This document shows positions 17,759-26,771 of a DNA stretch of 48,251 nt, in pieces (positions within the stretch are counted from its first letter, which is position 1; each line of letters opens with the position of its first letter). The notes below the pieces were generated by a model. The model was not told the origin of the DNA and made no database searches. It saw only the letters and a list, made by a program, of their open reading frames with translations. This DNA comes from a virus (lineage: Duplodnaviria; Caudoviricetes). The position numbers were made by a program, and so were the translations under genes. The stretch is taken from the IMG/VR virus record IMGVR_UViG_3300027373_000174, positions 1-48,251 of that record. One strand, 5' to 3'.

Positions 17759-19867
17759 ATGACGGAACACGCATTGGCTTATGCGGCAAGAGGATGGGCG
17801 GTGTTGCCCTGCAGGGGCAAGGTGCCGCTCACGCCGCACGGCTATAAAGACGCCTCGAAAGACGCCGAAGCGGTAAAGCGGCTGTTCGCAAATTGTCCGC
17901 AGGCAAATACAGGCATAGCCACCGGCAAGGTCTCCGGCATTTTCGTGCTGGACATAGACATCAAAAACGGCGCGGGCGGCGCGGAGTCGCTTACCGGCCT
18001 TGAGCGCGAGCACGTCCCTCTTCCCCCCACCGTGGAGGTTAAGACCTGTTCCGGCGGGCGGCACCTGTATTTCCGTTATCCCGAATCCGGCGTGGGCTGC
18101 AAGACCGGCATACGCAAGGGCATAGACATTCGCGGGGACGGCGGCTATGTTGTTGCCCCGCCAAGCGTGATTGACGGCAAATCCTACGAATGGACGAATG
18201 GCCCGGACACGCCGCTTGCCGACGCGCCGGACTGGCTGCTGGAGTTCATCTCCCCCAAGGGGAGCCAACCCGACCTCTCCGACAAGGACGCGCTTATCAC
18301 GCAGAACCGCAACAACACGCTGATGCTTATGGGCGTGAACCTGCGGAAGATGGGCCTTGAGCATGGCGAAATAGAAAAGAACCTCCAGTCCATCAATGCG
18401 GCGCGCTGTTCCCCGCCGCTGGACAAGGCCGAGGTTTCAAAAATAGCCAGAAGCGTGTCCCGCTACGACAAGGACGGCAAGCAGTCCGAGCCGCTTACGG
18501 ATACATGGAACGCCAGGTTCTTCTATGCGGGCTATGGCGGCGACATACGCTACTGCGACGCGCTTGGCGGCTGGTTTATCTGGGACGGCACCCGCTGGCG
18601 CAAGGATGAGAGCTTCCAAATCATGCGGCTGGCGCAGTCAGCCGTGCAGGACATGCGCTCTCGGGCCAAGGCCACGGACGACAAGGCATTGCTCAAGCAT
18701 GCCGCGCACTGCGAGGCCGAGTCCCGGCTCAAGGCGATGGTGAACCTTGTCCGTTGCGAGGACGGCATTACCGTCACGCCGGACACATTCGACAGCGACG
18801 TGTTCGTGCTCAACTGCCGCAACGGAACGCTGGATTTGCGGACAGGCGGACTGCGTCCGCACAATAAGGCCGATTACCTCACCAGAAGGCTGGAGCTGGA
18901 CTATAAAGCGGACGCGCAGTGCCCGGAGTGGCTCAAGTTCATGGACAGCATATTCCTCGGCGACAAGGAAATCATCGGCTTCATGCAAAAGGCCGTGGGA
19001 TACTCACTGTCCGGCTCAATGAAAGAGCAATGCGTGTTCATCCTCTACGGCGTGGGCATGAACGGCAAGTCCACGTTCCTCAAGCACATCTACCGGATTC
19101 TTGGCGAGTACGCCATGAATACCCCCGCCACCACGCTGATGGAGAAGTACGGAGAGTCCATCCCCAACGATGTGGCGCGGCTTAAGGGAGCGCGGTTTGT
19201 CACCTCCATAGAGTCCGGCAAGGGCCGGGCGCTGGCTGAGGCGCAAATCAAGCAGCTTACGGGTGACGACCCCATCTCGGCCAGGTTCCTGCACAGGGAG
19301 TTCTTCGACTTCTTCGCCACGTTCAAAATCTTCCTGGCGACGAACCACAAGCCGAACATATCCGGCACGGACAAGGGCATCTGGCGCAGGCTGATGACCA
19401 TCCCGTTCGAGAAGGTCATAACACCGGAGGAGCGTGACCCCGCGCTGGACGACAAGCTCGCAAAGGAATATGCGGGAATACTGGCATGGGCGGCAGAAGG
19501 ATTCCGGCAGTGGCAGAAAGATGGCCTTTGCGCGCCGGACAAAATCGCGCGGGCTACGAATGAGTACCGCGAGGAATCCGATATCATCGGCAACTTTATC
19601 ACGGAGAATTGCGTCTTGGGCGATGGGCAGCAAGTCTCAGCCGGTGAAATCCTCAAAGCCATACAGCAATGGGCCAAGGACGGCGGCATGCGCTCCATAA
19701 AGCGCACCGAGTTCATTGACTACATGCAGAAGCGCGGCTTCAAGCGCGACAGGATTACTGGCGGCAAGACTTGCTGGTTCGGAATAACGCTGAAAGGGAA
19801 CGAGCAGGAGACGTTGCCTATGGGTAGAGACTATGAGCCCGAAGACCCGGATGTAAGGCCGTTTTAA
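17759..19867 (+). CDS. Bifunctional primase-polymerase + PriCT + D5/P4-family SF3 helicase
   Basis: VLDID, GGRHLYF, DIRGDGGYVVAPPS; RNNTL PriCT region; GVGMNGKST Walker A; IKQLTGDD, ATNHKP, WRR. Confidence 0.95.
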   Translation: MTEHALAYAARGWAVLPCRGKVPLTPHGYKDASKDAEAVKRLFANCPQANTGIATGKVSGIFVLDIDIKNGAGGAESLTGLEREHVPLPPTVEVKTCSGGRHLYFRYPESGVGCKTGIRKGIDIRGDGGYVVAPPSVIDGKSYEWTNGPDTPLADAPDWLLEFISPKGSQPDLSDKDALITQNRNNTLMLMGVNLRKMGLEHGEIEKNLQSINAARCSPPLDKAEVSKIARSVSRYDKDGKQSEPLTDTWNARFFYAGYGGDIRYCDALGGWFIWDGTRWRKDESFQIMRLAQSAVQDMRSRAKATDDKALLKHAAHCEAESRLKAMVNLVRCEDGITVTPDTFDSDVFVLNCRNGTLDLRTGGLRPHNKADYLTRRLELDYKADAQCPEWLKFMDSIFLGDKEIIGFMQKAVGYSLSGSMKEQCVFILYGVGMNGKSTFLKHIYRILGEYAMNTPATTLMEKYGESIPNDVARLKGARFVTSIESGKGRALAEAQIKQLTGDDPISARFLHREFFDFFATFKIFLATNHKPNISGTDKGIWRRLMTIPFEKVITPEERDPALDDKLAKEYAGILAWAAEGFRQWQKDGLCAPDKIARATNEYREESDIIGNFITENCVLGDGQQVSAGEILKAIQQWAKDGGMRSIKRTEFIDYMQKRGFKRDRITGGKTCWFGITLKGNEQETLPMGRDYEPEDPDVRPF

Positions 19868-19905
19868 GCGTTTCCGGCCTGTGCGGGGCAGTTTTGCGCC
19901 CCTTG

Positions 19906-20091
19906 AGTGACGGTAGTGACGATTCAGTGACAAAACTTTCAAGGCATTATCACTGCGGTTTGTATTGGAGGAAGCCCCAAAAAGTGACGGCAGTGACGAA
20001 ACTTCTATCTTTAGCTCAATTAGGAAAGAAAATAAGAAAACAAATATAGAGGAAAACCCAAAAAGGACAATCGTCACTAAGTTCCGTCACT
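19906..20091. repeat. Putative replication origin with AGTGAC iterons
   Basis: AGTGAC at 19906, 19915, 19926, 19983 and 19992, inverted GTCACT at 20073 and 20086, flanking an A-rich tract, directly after the primase gene. Confidence 0.7.
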
Positions 20092-20097
20092 AAAGGC

Positions 20098-20361
20098 ATG
20101 GAGATGACTATGGACAAACATGACGCATATGAACGGCTATTAAAACGCAAGCTGGACGGCCTACGCTGGCTCAGGAAGAAGGAAACTCTGGGCAAGGACA
20201 CATCGCGGGACCGCGCAGTCTTTGAGGCCGAGGTCCTCAACCCGCTTGCGGCATTGCGGCACTCCCTCCAGCCGGAGGAAGCCGTAGGATGGGACAGGGT
20301 TGAGCATATCGCCGAATTGTTCAACGGCAGAATCATTCTGGAAAACGGAGGCAAGATATGA
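20098..20361 (+). CDS. Hypothetical phage protein
   Basis: Operon continuity; ATGA overlap with the next gene. Confidence 0.6.
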   Translation: MEMTMDKHDAYERLLKRKLDGLRWLRKKETLGKDTSRDRAVFEAEVLNPLAALRHSLQPEEAVGWDRVEHIAELFNGRIILENGGKI

Positions 20362-20543
20362 AAAGGAAAAAGCAAAGCAGGAAGCCGAGCATTCGACTCT
20401 CCACGCTGATGCGTGACAAAGAAATTATGAAGCGGCTCAAGCAGGGCAAAGCCCCGAAAGAAGTCTCTTACGAGATGGGACTATCGTCAGTGTGGGTAGT
20501 TTATGATTTTACAAGAAGACAAAAAGGAAATGCAAACACTTAG
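20358..20543 (+). CDS. Small HTH protein, possible late-gene regulator
   Basis: GGAGG RBS; RDKEI...GKAPKEVSYEMGLSSVWVVY HTH pattern; last gene of the early operon. Confidence 0.6.
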   Translation: MKRKKQSRKPSIRLSTLMRDKEIMKRLKQGKAPKEVSYEMGLSSVWVVYDFTRRQKGNANT

Positions 20544-20998
20544 CGTTCTTTACGATGCTGTGCGTGCGCTTCAAAACATATTTTAGCTGCTTTTAGTTTT
20601 TCAATAAGTTCCGATTTGTTTGCATAGGGATAAATTCCGCATCCCTTAATATTTGAAATTCGGTCTTCGATAATTTGTCGCGAAATAATTTCTGTTCGTT
20701 CAGAACAATATATGGCATATGGTTTTAAAGCGACAGCTAAAGCCATGCCATACTCCAAAATCACATTAGCATTGATGCCATTGCTAGATAATCGCTTGTC
20801 CCCAGTCAAATCGACGATAACATATACATCTTTTATTTGTTCCAAAACTGTTTGATATGCAATTCTGTCTGTATCGTGGCTATCGGGCAGTATTTCATCA
20901 CCAAATTTTATATCCCAACCATCAAAAACAGTTTTTACAGCATCCTTAAGGGATAATGGTCTCCATGCGCCCGTTTCGAAGGACACAAAAAGTTTCAT
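20540..20998 (-). CDS. TIR/nucleoside 2-deoxyribosyltransferase-like domain protein (moron)
   Basis: LFVSF...VIVDLT...NANVILEYGMALA...KP, a flavodoxin-like signature with the catalytic Glu; AT-rich. Confidence 0.7.
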   Translation of the reverse strand: MKLFVSFETGAWRPLSLKDAVKTVFDGWDIKFGDEILPDSHDTDRIAYQTVLEQIKDVYVIVDLTGDKRLSSNGINANVILEYGMALAVALKPYAIYCSERTEIISRQIIEDRISNIKGCGIYPYANKSELIEKLKAAKICFEAHAQHRKER

Positions 20999-21552
20999 AA
21001 TTCGTAATGTCCTTCCAAGAAAAGGAAATCATTTGATGCTATGCGGAAATCCGATGGATTGTTGTGGACAATCGTTTTTATTTGTTCTTGGGATATGCCT
21101 GTTTCATCCGCAAGTAATCTTATGCTCATTGGTACGGCACCATCACTGAACACATTATGTGCTGAAATCATCCAGTATATTTTTAACTTTTCTTCAGGAC
21201 TTGTATCATCATTCTCCATCAATGTCCGTAGTTGTTCATAGTTTGCTTCGGTAAACAACTCGAGAGGGCGTTGCTTCCTTTGAGTTGCAGACAACCATCG
21301 GGTCATACCACCTTCACGCAATCTGTTTTCTAGATGTTTTTTGAATGCAGGGAAAAGTCTATATGCAATTGTCTCAGGGAAACGCGGTTTTTCAGGAAAC
21401 ACATACTGAATCAGACTGTCTGCAATAGCAACTATAACCTCACATTGGTAGGGTTCATGAAAGTCGAAAATAAATGAAGTGCCCCCTGAGAACAAATCTG
21501 GGAGACTGATATACTTATACACCGTTCCATCTAGTGCTCGATATTCGGGCAT
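20995..21552 (-). CDS. Hypothetical protein with C-terminal wHTH-like segment (moron)
   Basis: SIRLLADETGISQEQIKTIV; ATGA-coupled to the TIR/NDT-like gene. Confidence 0.65.
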   Translation of the reverse strand: MPEYRALDGTVYKYISLPDLFSGGTSFIFDFHEPYQCEVIVAIADSLIQYVFPEKPRFPETIAYRLFPAFKKHLENRLREGGMTRWLSATQRKQRPLELFTEANYEQLRTLMENDDTSPEEKLKIYWMISAHNVFSDGAVPMSIRLLADETGISQEQIKTIVHNNPSDFRIASNDFLFLEGHYEL

Positions 21553-21558
21553 ATCGCA

Positions 21559-21587
21559 AGAATACCTTTAGATATTACATTTGTCAA
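21559..21587 (-). promoter_or_regulatory. Near-consensus sigma70 promoter, probably giving a leaderless mRNA
   Basis: TTGACA-17 bp-TATTCT; the ATG begins 7 nt after the -10 box; no SD sequence. Confidence 0.7.
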
Positions 21588-21648
21588 CTTCCAAAATTTT
21601 CCAAAGTAAAACTCGTGACTTAGAAAGGGCCATACGCTAAACTATAAG

Positions 21649-21900
21649 TGTCGAGGCAAGGACATGGGAGAAAACCATGACCAGGCCTCGATTTCTTTTT
21701 AGCGATATAGTCTTTGCCTCGACAACAAAGACCACGCCTTGCGTCCCTACGGGACGCAGGGCCGTTTTGTTTTCTGGCGGCGGCACGGATACGCGCATCG
21801 TGAACGAACCGGTCCGTATGTCTGCCGCCATCCTTTTGCGCCCGAAGCAGGGTAACCCCATACACAGGCATCATGCCGCTGACCTCGCGAGAGGGCGCAA
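21649..21900 (+). ncRNA. Structured leader/candidate cis-regulatory RNA of the late operon
   Basis: 15-bp stem 21649-63/21710-24, terminator-like hairpin 21736-62 with T tract, long stem 21775-21830, multibranch 21836-21900. Confidence 0.5.
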
Positions 21901-21920
21901 CCTTTTCGCCGGAGGGATAT

Positions 21921-23096
21921 ATGCTTAAGCCTGAATATATCCCCGTCGGCAAGCTTAAACTCAATCCGCAGAACCCACGCGTCATCAAAGATGAGGCGTT
22001 CAAGCGCCTGTGCGCCAGCCTGCGCGAGGACAAGGACTACTTCGAGGCGCGGCCCATTCTCGTCAACAAGGACATGGTGATATTCGCTGGCAACCAGCGG
22101 TATCGTGCGGCGGTCGAAATAGGCATGAAGGAAGTGCCGGTCATCGTCATGGACAATCCCGAACTGGAAGCCAAGCGGATGCTCCGCGACAACCTGTCCT
22201 CCGGCGACTGGGATATGGACATGCTCGCCAACGACTTCGATGCAGACTTCCTGCGCGAAGTCGGCTTCTCAGACGACGAGTTAGGCGAGATGGGACAGGG
22301 CGAAGCCCTGCTGGATGAGGACAAGCTGGACGAAGTGCCTGACAAGCCGGAAACAGCCATCACAAAACCCGGCGATTTGTGGCTGCTGGGTGACCACCGC
22401 CTCCTTTGCGGCGATTCCACCAGCGAGGCTGATGTTGCCCGACTGATGGACGGCTGCAAGGCCGACATGATATTCACCGACCCGCCGTATGGCATCGCCT
22501 ATGTCGGTAAGACCAAGAAACGCCTGACCATCCAGAATGATGCCATGTCGGACGAGGATTTTAGCGCGTTCCTCGGCAAAGCGTTCGGTGCCATGCGTTC
22601 GGTATGCGACGGCGGCGCACCCTATTACGTCTGTCACGCTGACGGCAAAACGATGCTGTTCCGGCAGGCGCTCATGGACAGCGGGTTCGAGGTCAAACAG
22701 ACGGTCATCTGGGCCAAACAGAGCTTCGTCCTCGGCAGGCAGGACTACCAGTGGCAGCACGAACCCATCCTGTACGGCTGGGCGTCAGGCGCAAGCCACA
22801 AGTGGTACGGCGGACGCGCTGAAACAACCGTCTGGGAAATAGACCGCCCCACCCGCAGCGAGGAACACCCCACCATGAAGCCCGTGGAACTGTGCGCCCG
22901 CGCAGTACGCAACAGCAGCCGCAAGGGCGACACCGTGCTGGACCTGTTCGGCGGCTCTGGTTCAACGCTCATAGCCTGCGAGCATACAGGGCGCAAGGCT
23001 CGGCTCTGCGAGATAGACCCTCTATACGCAGATGTCATAGTCAAACGCTGGGAGCAGGCAACCGGTAGGAAGGCCGAGGTGCGACATGCCGTATAA
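21921..23096 (+). CDS. ParB-N domain + N4/N6 DNA methyltransferase
   Basis: NPQNPR..AGNQR ParB-like N-terminus; GDLWLLGDHRLLCGDST, TDPPY, HPTMKP, DLFGGSGST. Confidence 0.92.
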   Translation: MLKPEYIPVGKLKLNPQNPRVIKDEAFKRLCASLREDKDYFEARPILVNKDMVIFAGNQRYRAAVEIGMKEVPVIVMDNPELEAKRMLRDNLSSGDWDMDMLANDFDADFLREVGFSDDELGEMGQGEALLDEDKLDEVPDKPETAITKPGDLWLLGDHRLLCGDSTSEADVARLMDGCKADMIFTDPPYGIAYVGKTKKRLTIQNDAMSDEDFSAFLGKAFGAMRSVCDGGAPYYVCHADGKTMLFRQALMDSGFEVKQTVIWAKQSFVLGRQDYQWQHEPILYGWASGASHKWYGGRAETTVWEIDRPTRSEEHPTMKPVELCARAVRNSSRKGDTVLDLFGGSGSTLIACEHTGRKARLCEIDPLYADVIVKRWEQATGRKAEVRHAV

Positions 23097-23442
23097 GCCT
23101 CTGGCACCGTGCGCGTATCCCGGCTGCATCGGCCTTGCACCGGAAGGTGAGCGGTATTGCGCCGCTCATAAGCCCGTGATGGCTATTACGGAGCAGGACA
23201 GGCGGGGCAGCGCCAGCCAGCGTGGCTATGGCAGGCGCTGGCGCAAGTTGAGACTTATGGTACTGGCCCGCGACCATGTGTGCAAACATCCCGGCTGCAA
23301 CGAACTGTCCACCGATGTTGACCATATCGTGCCCAAGGCACTGGGCGGGACGGACGCTATGGACAACTTGCAGGGCCTGTGCCACGCGCATCACAGCGCG
23401 AAGACGGCGTGTGAGGACGGCGGGTTTGGCAATACCCGGTAG
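23086..23442 (+). CDS. Packaging-associated HNH endonuclease (HK97 gp74-like)
   Basis: RGYGRRW, VDHIVP..GG...NLQGLCHAHHSAKT; upstream of terS. Confidence 0.92.
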   Translation: MPYKPLAPCAYPGCIGLAPEGERYCAAHKPVMAITEQDRRGSASQRGYGRRWRKLRLMVLARDHVCKHPGCNELSTDVDHIVPKALGGTDAMDNLQGLCHAHHSAKTACEDGGFGNTR

Positions 23443-23545
23443 GGCGGGTCGAATCCTCCGGGGCGAGCGGGCGAAGACCGCGCCATGCCTACGCGCAAAC
23501 GCGTCCATAATTCGCATAGGGGGTAGCGGGGCATCGAGGGCTATT
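23443..23545. other. Probable cos-containing intergenic region
   Basis: G-rich non-coding gap between HNH and terS, the usual position of the 3'-overhang cos in HK97-like phages. The exact cut site was not determined. Confidence 0.5.
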
Positions 23546-24004
23546 ATGATTCGAGGAAGAAAGCGTATTCCGACGGGAATCAAGCGGAAAACAGGCACTT
23601 TGAAAAAGTGCCGGACCAACCCCGCCGAGCCGAAGCCCGGTCCCGCCGACAGCGAGCCGCCGGAGTTCCTCGACGACGAGGCCAAGGCGAAGTGGCGCGA
23701 GCTGTTCCCGGAACTGTCCGCGCTGGGCGTCATAAGTTCGATAGACCGGGACCTGTTCATGCTGTACTGCTCGGCGTATTCGAACTGGAAGCGGGCGAAC
23801 GATGTCATCAAGGGGCACAAGCAGGTTTACCGCACACCGAACGGTGCGTACCAGCAGATACCCCACGTGTCCATGGCGAAGGGCTGGATGCAGATGATGA
23901 CGAAGCTCGCGGCGGAAATGGGTATCCCGGCCACGATGCGCAGCCGGATAATCCCGAAAGCCGGGAAGGGCAAGGACGAGGATACCGAGTTCTTTGGTTA
24001 CTGA
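23546..24004 (+). CDS. terS: Terminase small subunit (P27-like)
   Basis: RGRKRIPT..K, PPEFL...AKAKW, YCSAY, EMGIPATMRSR. Confidence 0.9.
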   Translation: MIRGRKRIPTGIKRKTGTLKKCRTNPAEPKPGPADSEPPEFLDDEAKAKWRELFPELSALGVISSIDRDLFMLYCSAYSNWKRANDVIKGHKQVYRTPNGAYQQIPHVSMAKGWMQMMTKLAAEMGIPATMRSRIIPKAGKGKDEDTEFFGY

Positions 24005-24009
24005 GGCAT

Positions 24010-25566
24010 ATGGCACAGGCAACGCAAGACTTTTACTTCGACAAAAAAGCAGCCGCCACGGCGGCGCGCTTCTTCGAGCGTTACCTCGTGCACATAAAGG
24101 GCAAGTGGGCGGGCGAGGCGTTCACGCTGGAGCCTTGGCAGGCGGACGACATCATAAACCCTCTGTTCGGGTGCAAACGGGCTGACGGCACCCGGCAATA
24201 CCGCACCTGTTATATCGAAATCCCGCGCAAGAACGGGAAATCGAGCCTGTGTTCGGGCATCGCTTTGTACCTGTTGTATGCCGACAACGAACCCTCGGCG
24301 GAGGTATACAGCGCGGCGGCTGACACCAAGCAGGCGGCCATCGTGTTCAACGTGGCGAAGGGCATGGCTGTGGCGTCGAAATCGCTGATGGCGCGGGGGC
24401 AGGTGTACCGAAATTCAATCTTCATCCCCCGCACAGCGTCCACCTATCAGGTGCTGTCGGCGGACGCGTATACGAAGCACGGGCTTAACGCGCACGGGAT
24501 TATCTTTGACGAACTGCACGCGCAGCCGAGCCGGGACCTGTGGGACGTGCTGGCGACAAGCACCGGGGCACGGGCACAGCCGCTGACCGTGGCTATAACT
24601 ACGGCGGGGTTTGACCGGAACAGCATCTGCTGGGAAATCCACGAATACGCCCGCAAGGTCAAGGAGGGCATCATCACGGACGATTCGTTCCTGCCGGTCA
24701 TATACGCGGCTGACGAGCAGGACGACTGGCGTTCCCCGGCGGTGTGGCGCAAGGCGAACCCCAACCTGGGTGTATCCATCAGCGAGGATTACCTGAAACG
24801 GGAATGCGCCAAGGCCGAGAACATCCCGGCATATGAGAACACCTTCCGGCGGCTGCACCTGAACCAGTGGACGCAGCAGGAATCCCGCTGGATACCCATG
24901 GCAGCTTGGGAGGCCTCGGCTGGCGAAGTGGATGCCGTGGCATTGCATGGCAAGGTCTGTTACGCGGGGCTGGACCTGTCCAGCACGACGGATATCACGG
25001 CCTTGGTGCTGGCCTTCCCGCTGGATGGCGCGATAAAGCTGTTGCCCTTCTTCTGGATACCGGGCGACAACCTGCTGGAGCGTTCCAAACGCGATCATGT
25101 GCCGTATGACCTCTGGGTAAAGCAGGGGCTTATAAACGCCACTGCGGGCAACGTTATCGACTACGACTTTATCGTCGCCAAGATAACGGAGTTGCGGAAG
25201 CAATACAACCTGAAGGAACTGGCCTTTGACCGGTGGGGCGCGGCGAAAATCGTGCAGGACCTGACGGAGTTGGGCGTGACGGTGGTGCCGTTCGGGCAGG
25301 GTTTCGCCTCAATGTCTGGCCCGTCAAAAGAGTTGTTGCGGCTGGTACTGGCCGGGAAACTGCACCATGGCGGCAACCCGGTGCTGCGGTGGATGGCGGA
25401 CAATGCCGTGGTCAAGAGCGACCCCGCCGGAAATATCAAACCTGACAAGGCGAAAAGCACGCAGCGCATCGACGGCATAGTGGCGACGGCAATGGCGCTG
25501 GACAGGGCGATGCGGCACGGCGCGGGCATAAGCGTATACGAGAAGCATGGGGTAACTATTCTATGA
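24010..25566 (+). CDS. terL: Terminase large subunit
   Basis: LEPWQ, IPRKNGKS, FDELH, ITTAG, KANPNLG, GLDLSSTTD, QRIDG. Confidence 0.97.
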   Translation: MAQATQDFYFDKKAAATAARFFERYLVHIKGKWAGEAFTLEPWQADDIINPLFGCKRADGTRQYRTCYIEIPRKNGKSSLCSGIALYLLYADNEPSAEVYSAAADTKQAAIVFNVAKGMAVASKSLMARGQVYRNSIFIPRTASTYQVLSADAYTKHGLNAHGIIFDELHAQPSRDLWDVLATSTGARAQPLTVAITTAGFDRNSICWEIHEYARKVKEGIITDDSFLPVIYAADEQDDWRSPAVWRKANPNLGVSISEDYLKRECAKAENIPAYENTFRRLHLNQWTQQESRWIPMAAWEASAGEVDAVALHGKVCYAGLDLSSTTDITALVLAFPLDGAIKLLPFFWIPGDNLLERSKRDHVPYDLWVKQGLINATAGNVIDYDFIVAKITELRKQYNLKELAFDRWGAAKIVQDLTELGVTVVPFGQGFASMSGPSKELLRLVLAGKLHHGGNPVLRWMADNAVVKSDPAGNIKPDKAKSTQRIDGIVATAMALDRAMRHGAGISVYEKHGVTIL

Positions 25567-26771
25567 ATTGGCTGACCAGACTTTTTAAACGTGACGGGCA
25601 AAAGATGCAAAGCATGCAGCAATTCTTCGCCGACGTGTTCATGCCTCTGTCCGACACGCAAAGCGGCGTGCTGGTGAATGAAACCTTGGCTCTGAACCTG
25701 TCGGCTGTATACGCCTGCGTGCAGGTGCTTTCGCAGACAATCGGTTCCCTGCCGCTGATAGTGTACCAGCGGACGGCTGACGGCAAGGCTCGGGCAGTCA
25801 AGCACCCGCTGTATCGGGTATTGCACGACGCCCCCAACCCGGAGATGACCTCAATGAGCTGGCGGCAGGCGATGCTGCTGCATCTGTGCCTGTGGGGCAA
25901 CCACTATAGCGAAATCGAGCGTGATTCCGGCGGAAACCCAGTGGCCTTGTGGCCGATAACGCCGTGGCGGGTGAACCTAAAGCGCGTGAACGGGCAACTG
26001 GTGTATAGCGTGGGGCTTGATACGGGTATGGTATACGTCCCGTTCGCCAACATGCTGCACATAAAGGGGCTGTCATATGACGGCATGACAGGCTTGCCGC
26101 CCATGCGCGCGGCGCGTGAAAGTATCGGCCTTGGTCTTGCGGCGCAGAAATACGCGGCGAAGTTCTTCGCCAACGATGCCAGGCCGGGCGGCATACTGGA
26201 ACATCCGGGCCAGTTGTCGGATGAAGCCGCTACGCGCCTGCGAAAGTCCTTCGAGCGGGCGCATGAGGGGCTGGATAACAAGTTCCGCGTGGCTGTGCTT
26301 GAGGAAGGGATGAAGTTCAACGCCGTGGGGATACCGCCGGAGGACGCTCAGTTGCTTGAGACGCGCAAATTCGGCGTGTCGGAAATCGCCCGGTACTTCA
26401 GGATGCCGCTGCACAAGATATCGGACCTTGAACGGTCCACGAACAACAACATCGAGCATCAGGCAATAGAGTTCGTCACGGACACGATACGCCCTTGGCT
26501 GGTTAATATCGAGCAGGAGCTGGCGTTCAAATTGTTCACCGGGGATTACTTCGCCGAATTCCTCATCGAAGGCCTGCTGCGGGGCGACATAAAGACGCGG
26601 TATGAGGCCTACGCCATCGGCAGGCAGTGGGGCTGGCTCAGTGCTGACGATATTCGCGAGCGGGAGAACCTTAACAAGCTGCCGAACGGGCAGGGCGCGA
26701 GCTACTTAACGCCGCTGAATATGGGCACTGGAGGACAAAATGGACAGGCAATACAAAATACTGCCGATTGA
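25563..26771 (+). CDS. HK97-family portal protein
   Basis: SAVYACV, PNPEMT, FFANDARPGG, VLEEG, DAQLLETRKF, NNIEHQ. Confidence 0.97.
   Translation: MNWLTRLFKRDGQKMQSMQQFFADVFMPLSDTQSGVLVNETLALNLSAVYACVQVLSQTIGSLPLIVYQRTADGKARAVKHPLYRVLHDAPNPEMTSMSWRQAMLLHLCLWGNHYSEIERDSGGNPVALWPITPWRVNLKRVNGQLVYSVGLDTGMVYVPFANMLHIKGLSYDGMTGLPPMRAARESIGLGLAAQKYAAKFFANDARPGGILEHPGQLSDEAATRLRKSFERAHEGLDNKFRVAVLEEGMKFNAVGIPPEDAQLLETRKFGVSEIARYFRMPLHKISDLERSTNNNIEHQAIEFVTDTIRPWLVNIEQELAFKLFTGDYFAEFLIEGLLRGDIKTRYEAYAIGRQWGWLSADDIRERENLNKLPNGQGASYLTPLNMGTGGQNGQAIQNTAD

Noticed and set aside
21836-21900. Hammerhead ribozyme or SAM riboswitch upstream of the methyltransferase
   Set aside because: Lacks the CUGAUGA/GAAA core and recognisable SAM aptamer motifs; kept only as an unclassified structure.
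21895-21923. Fourth copy of the sigma motif (CTTTTCGCC..GGGATAT)
   Set aside because: No CG(A/G)CA box, and the match overlaps the RBS and start codon; probably chance.
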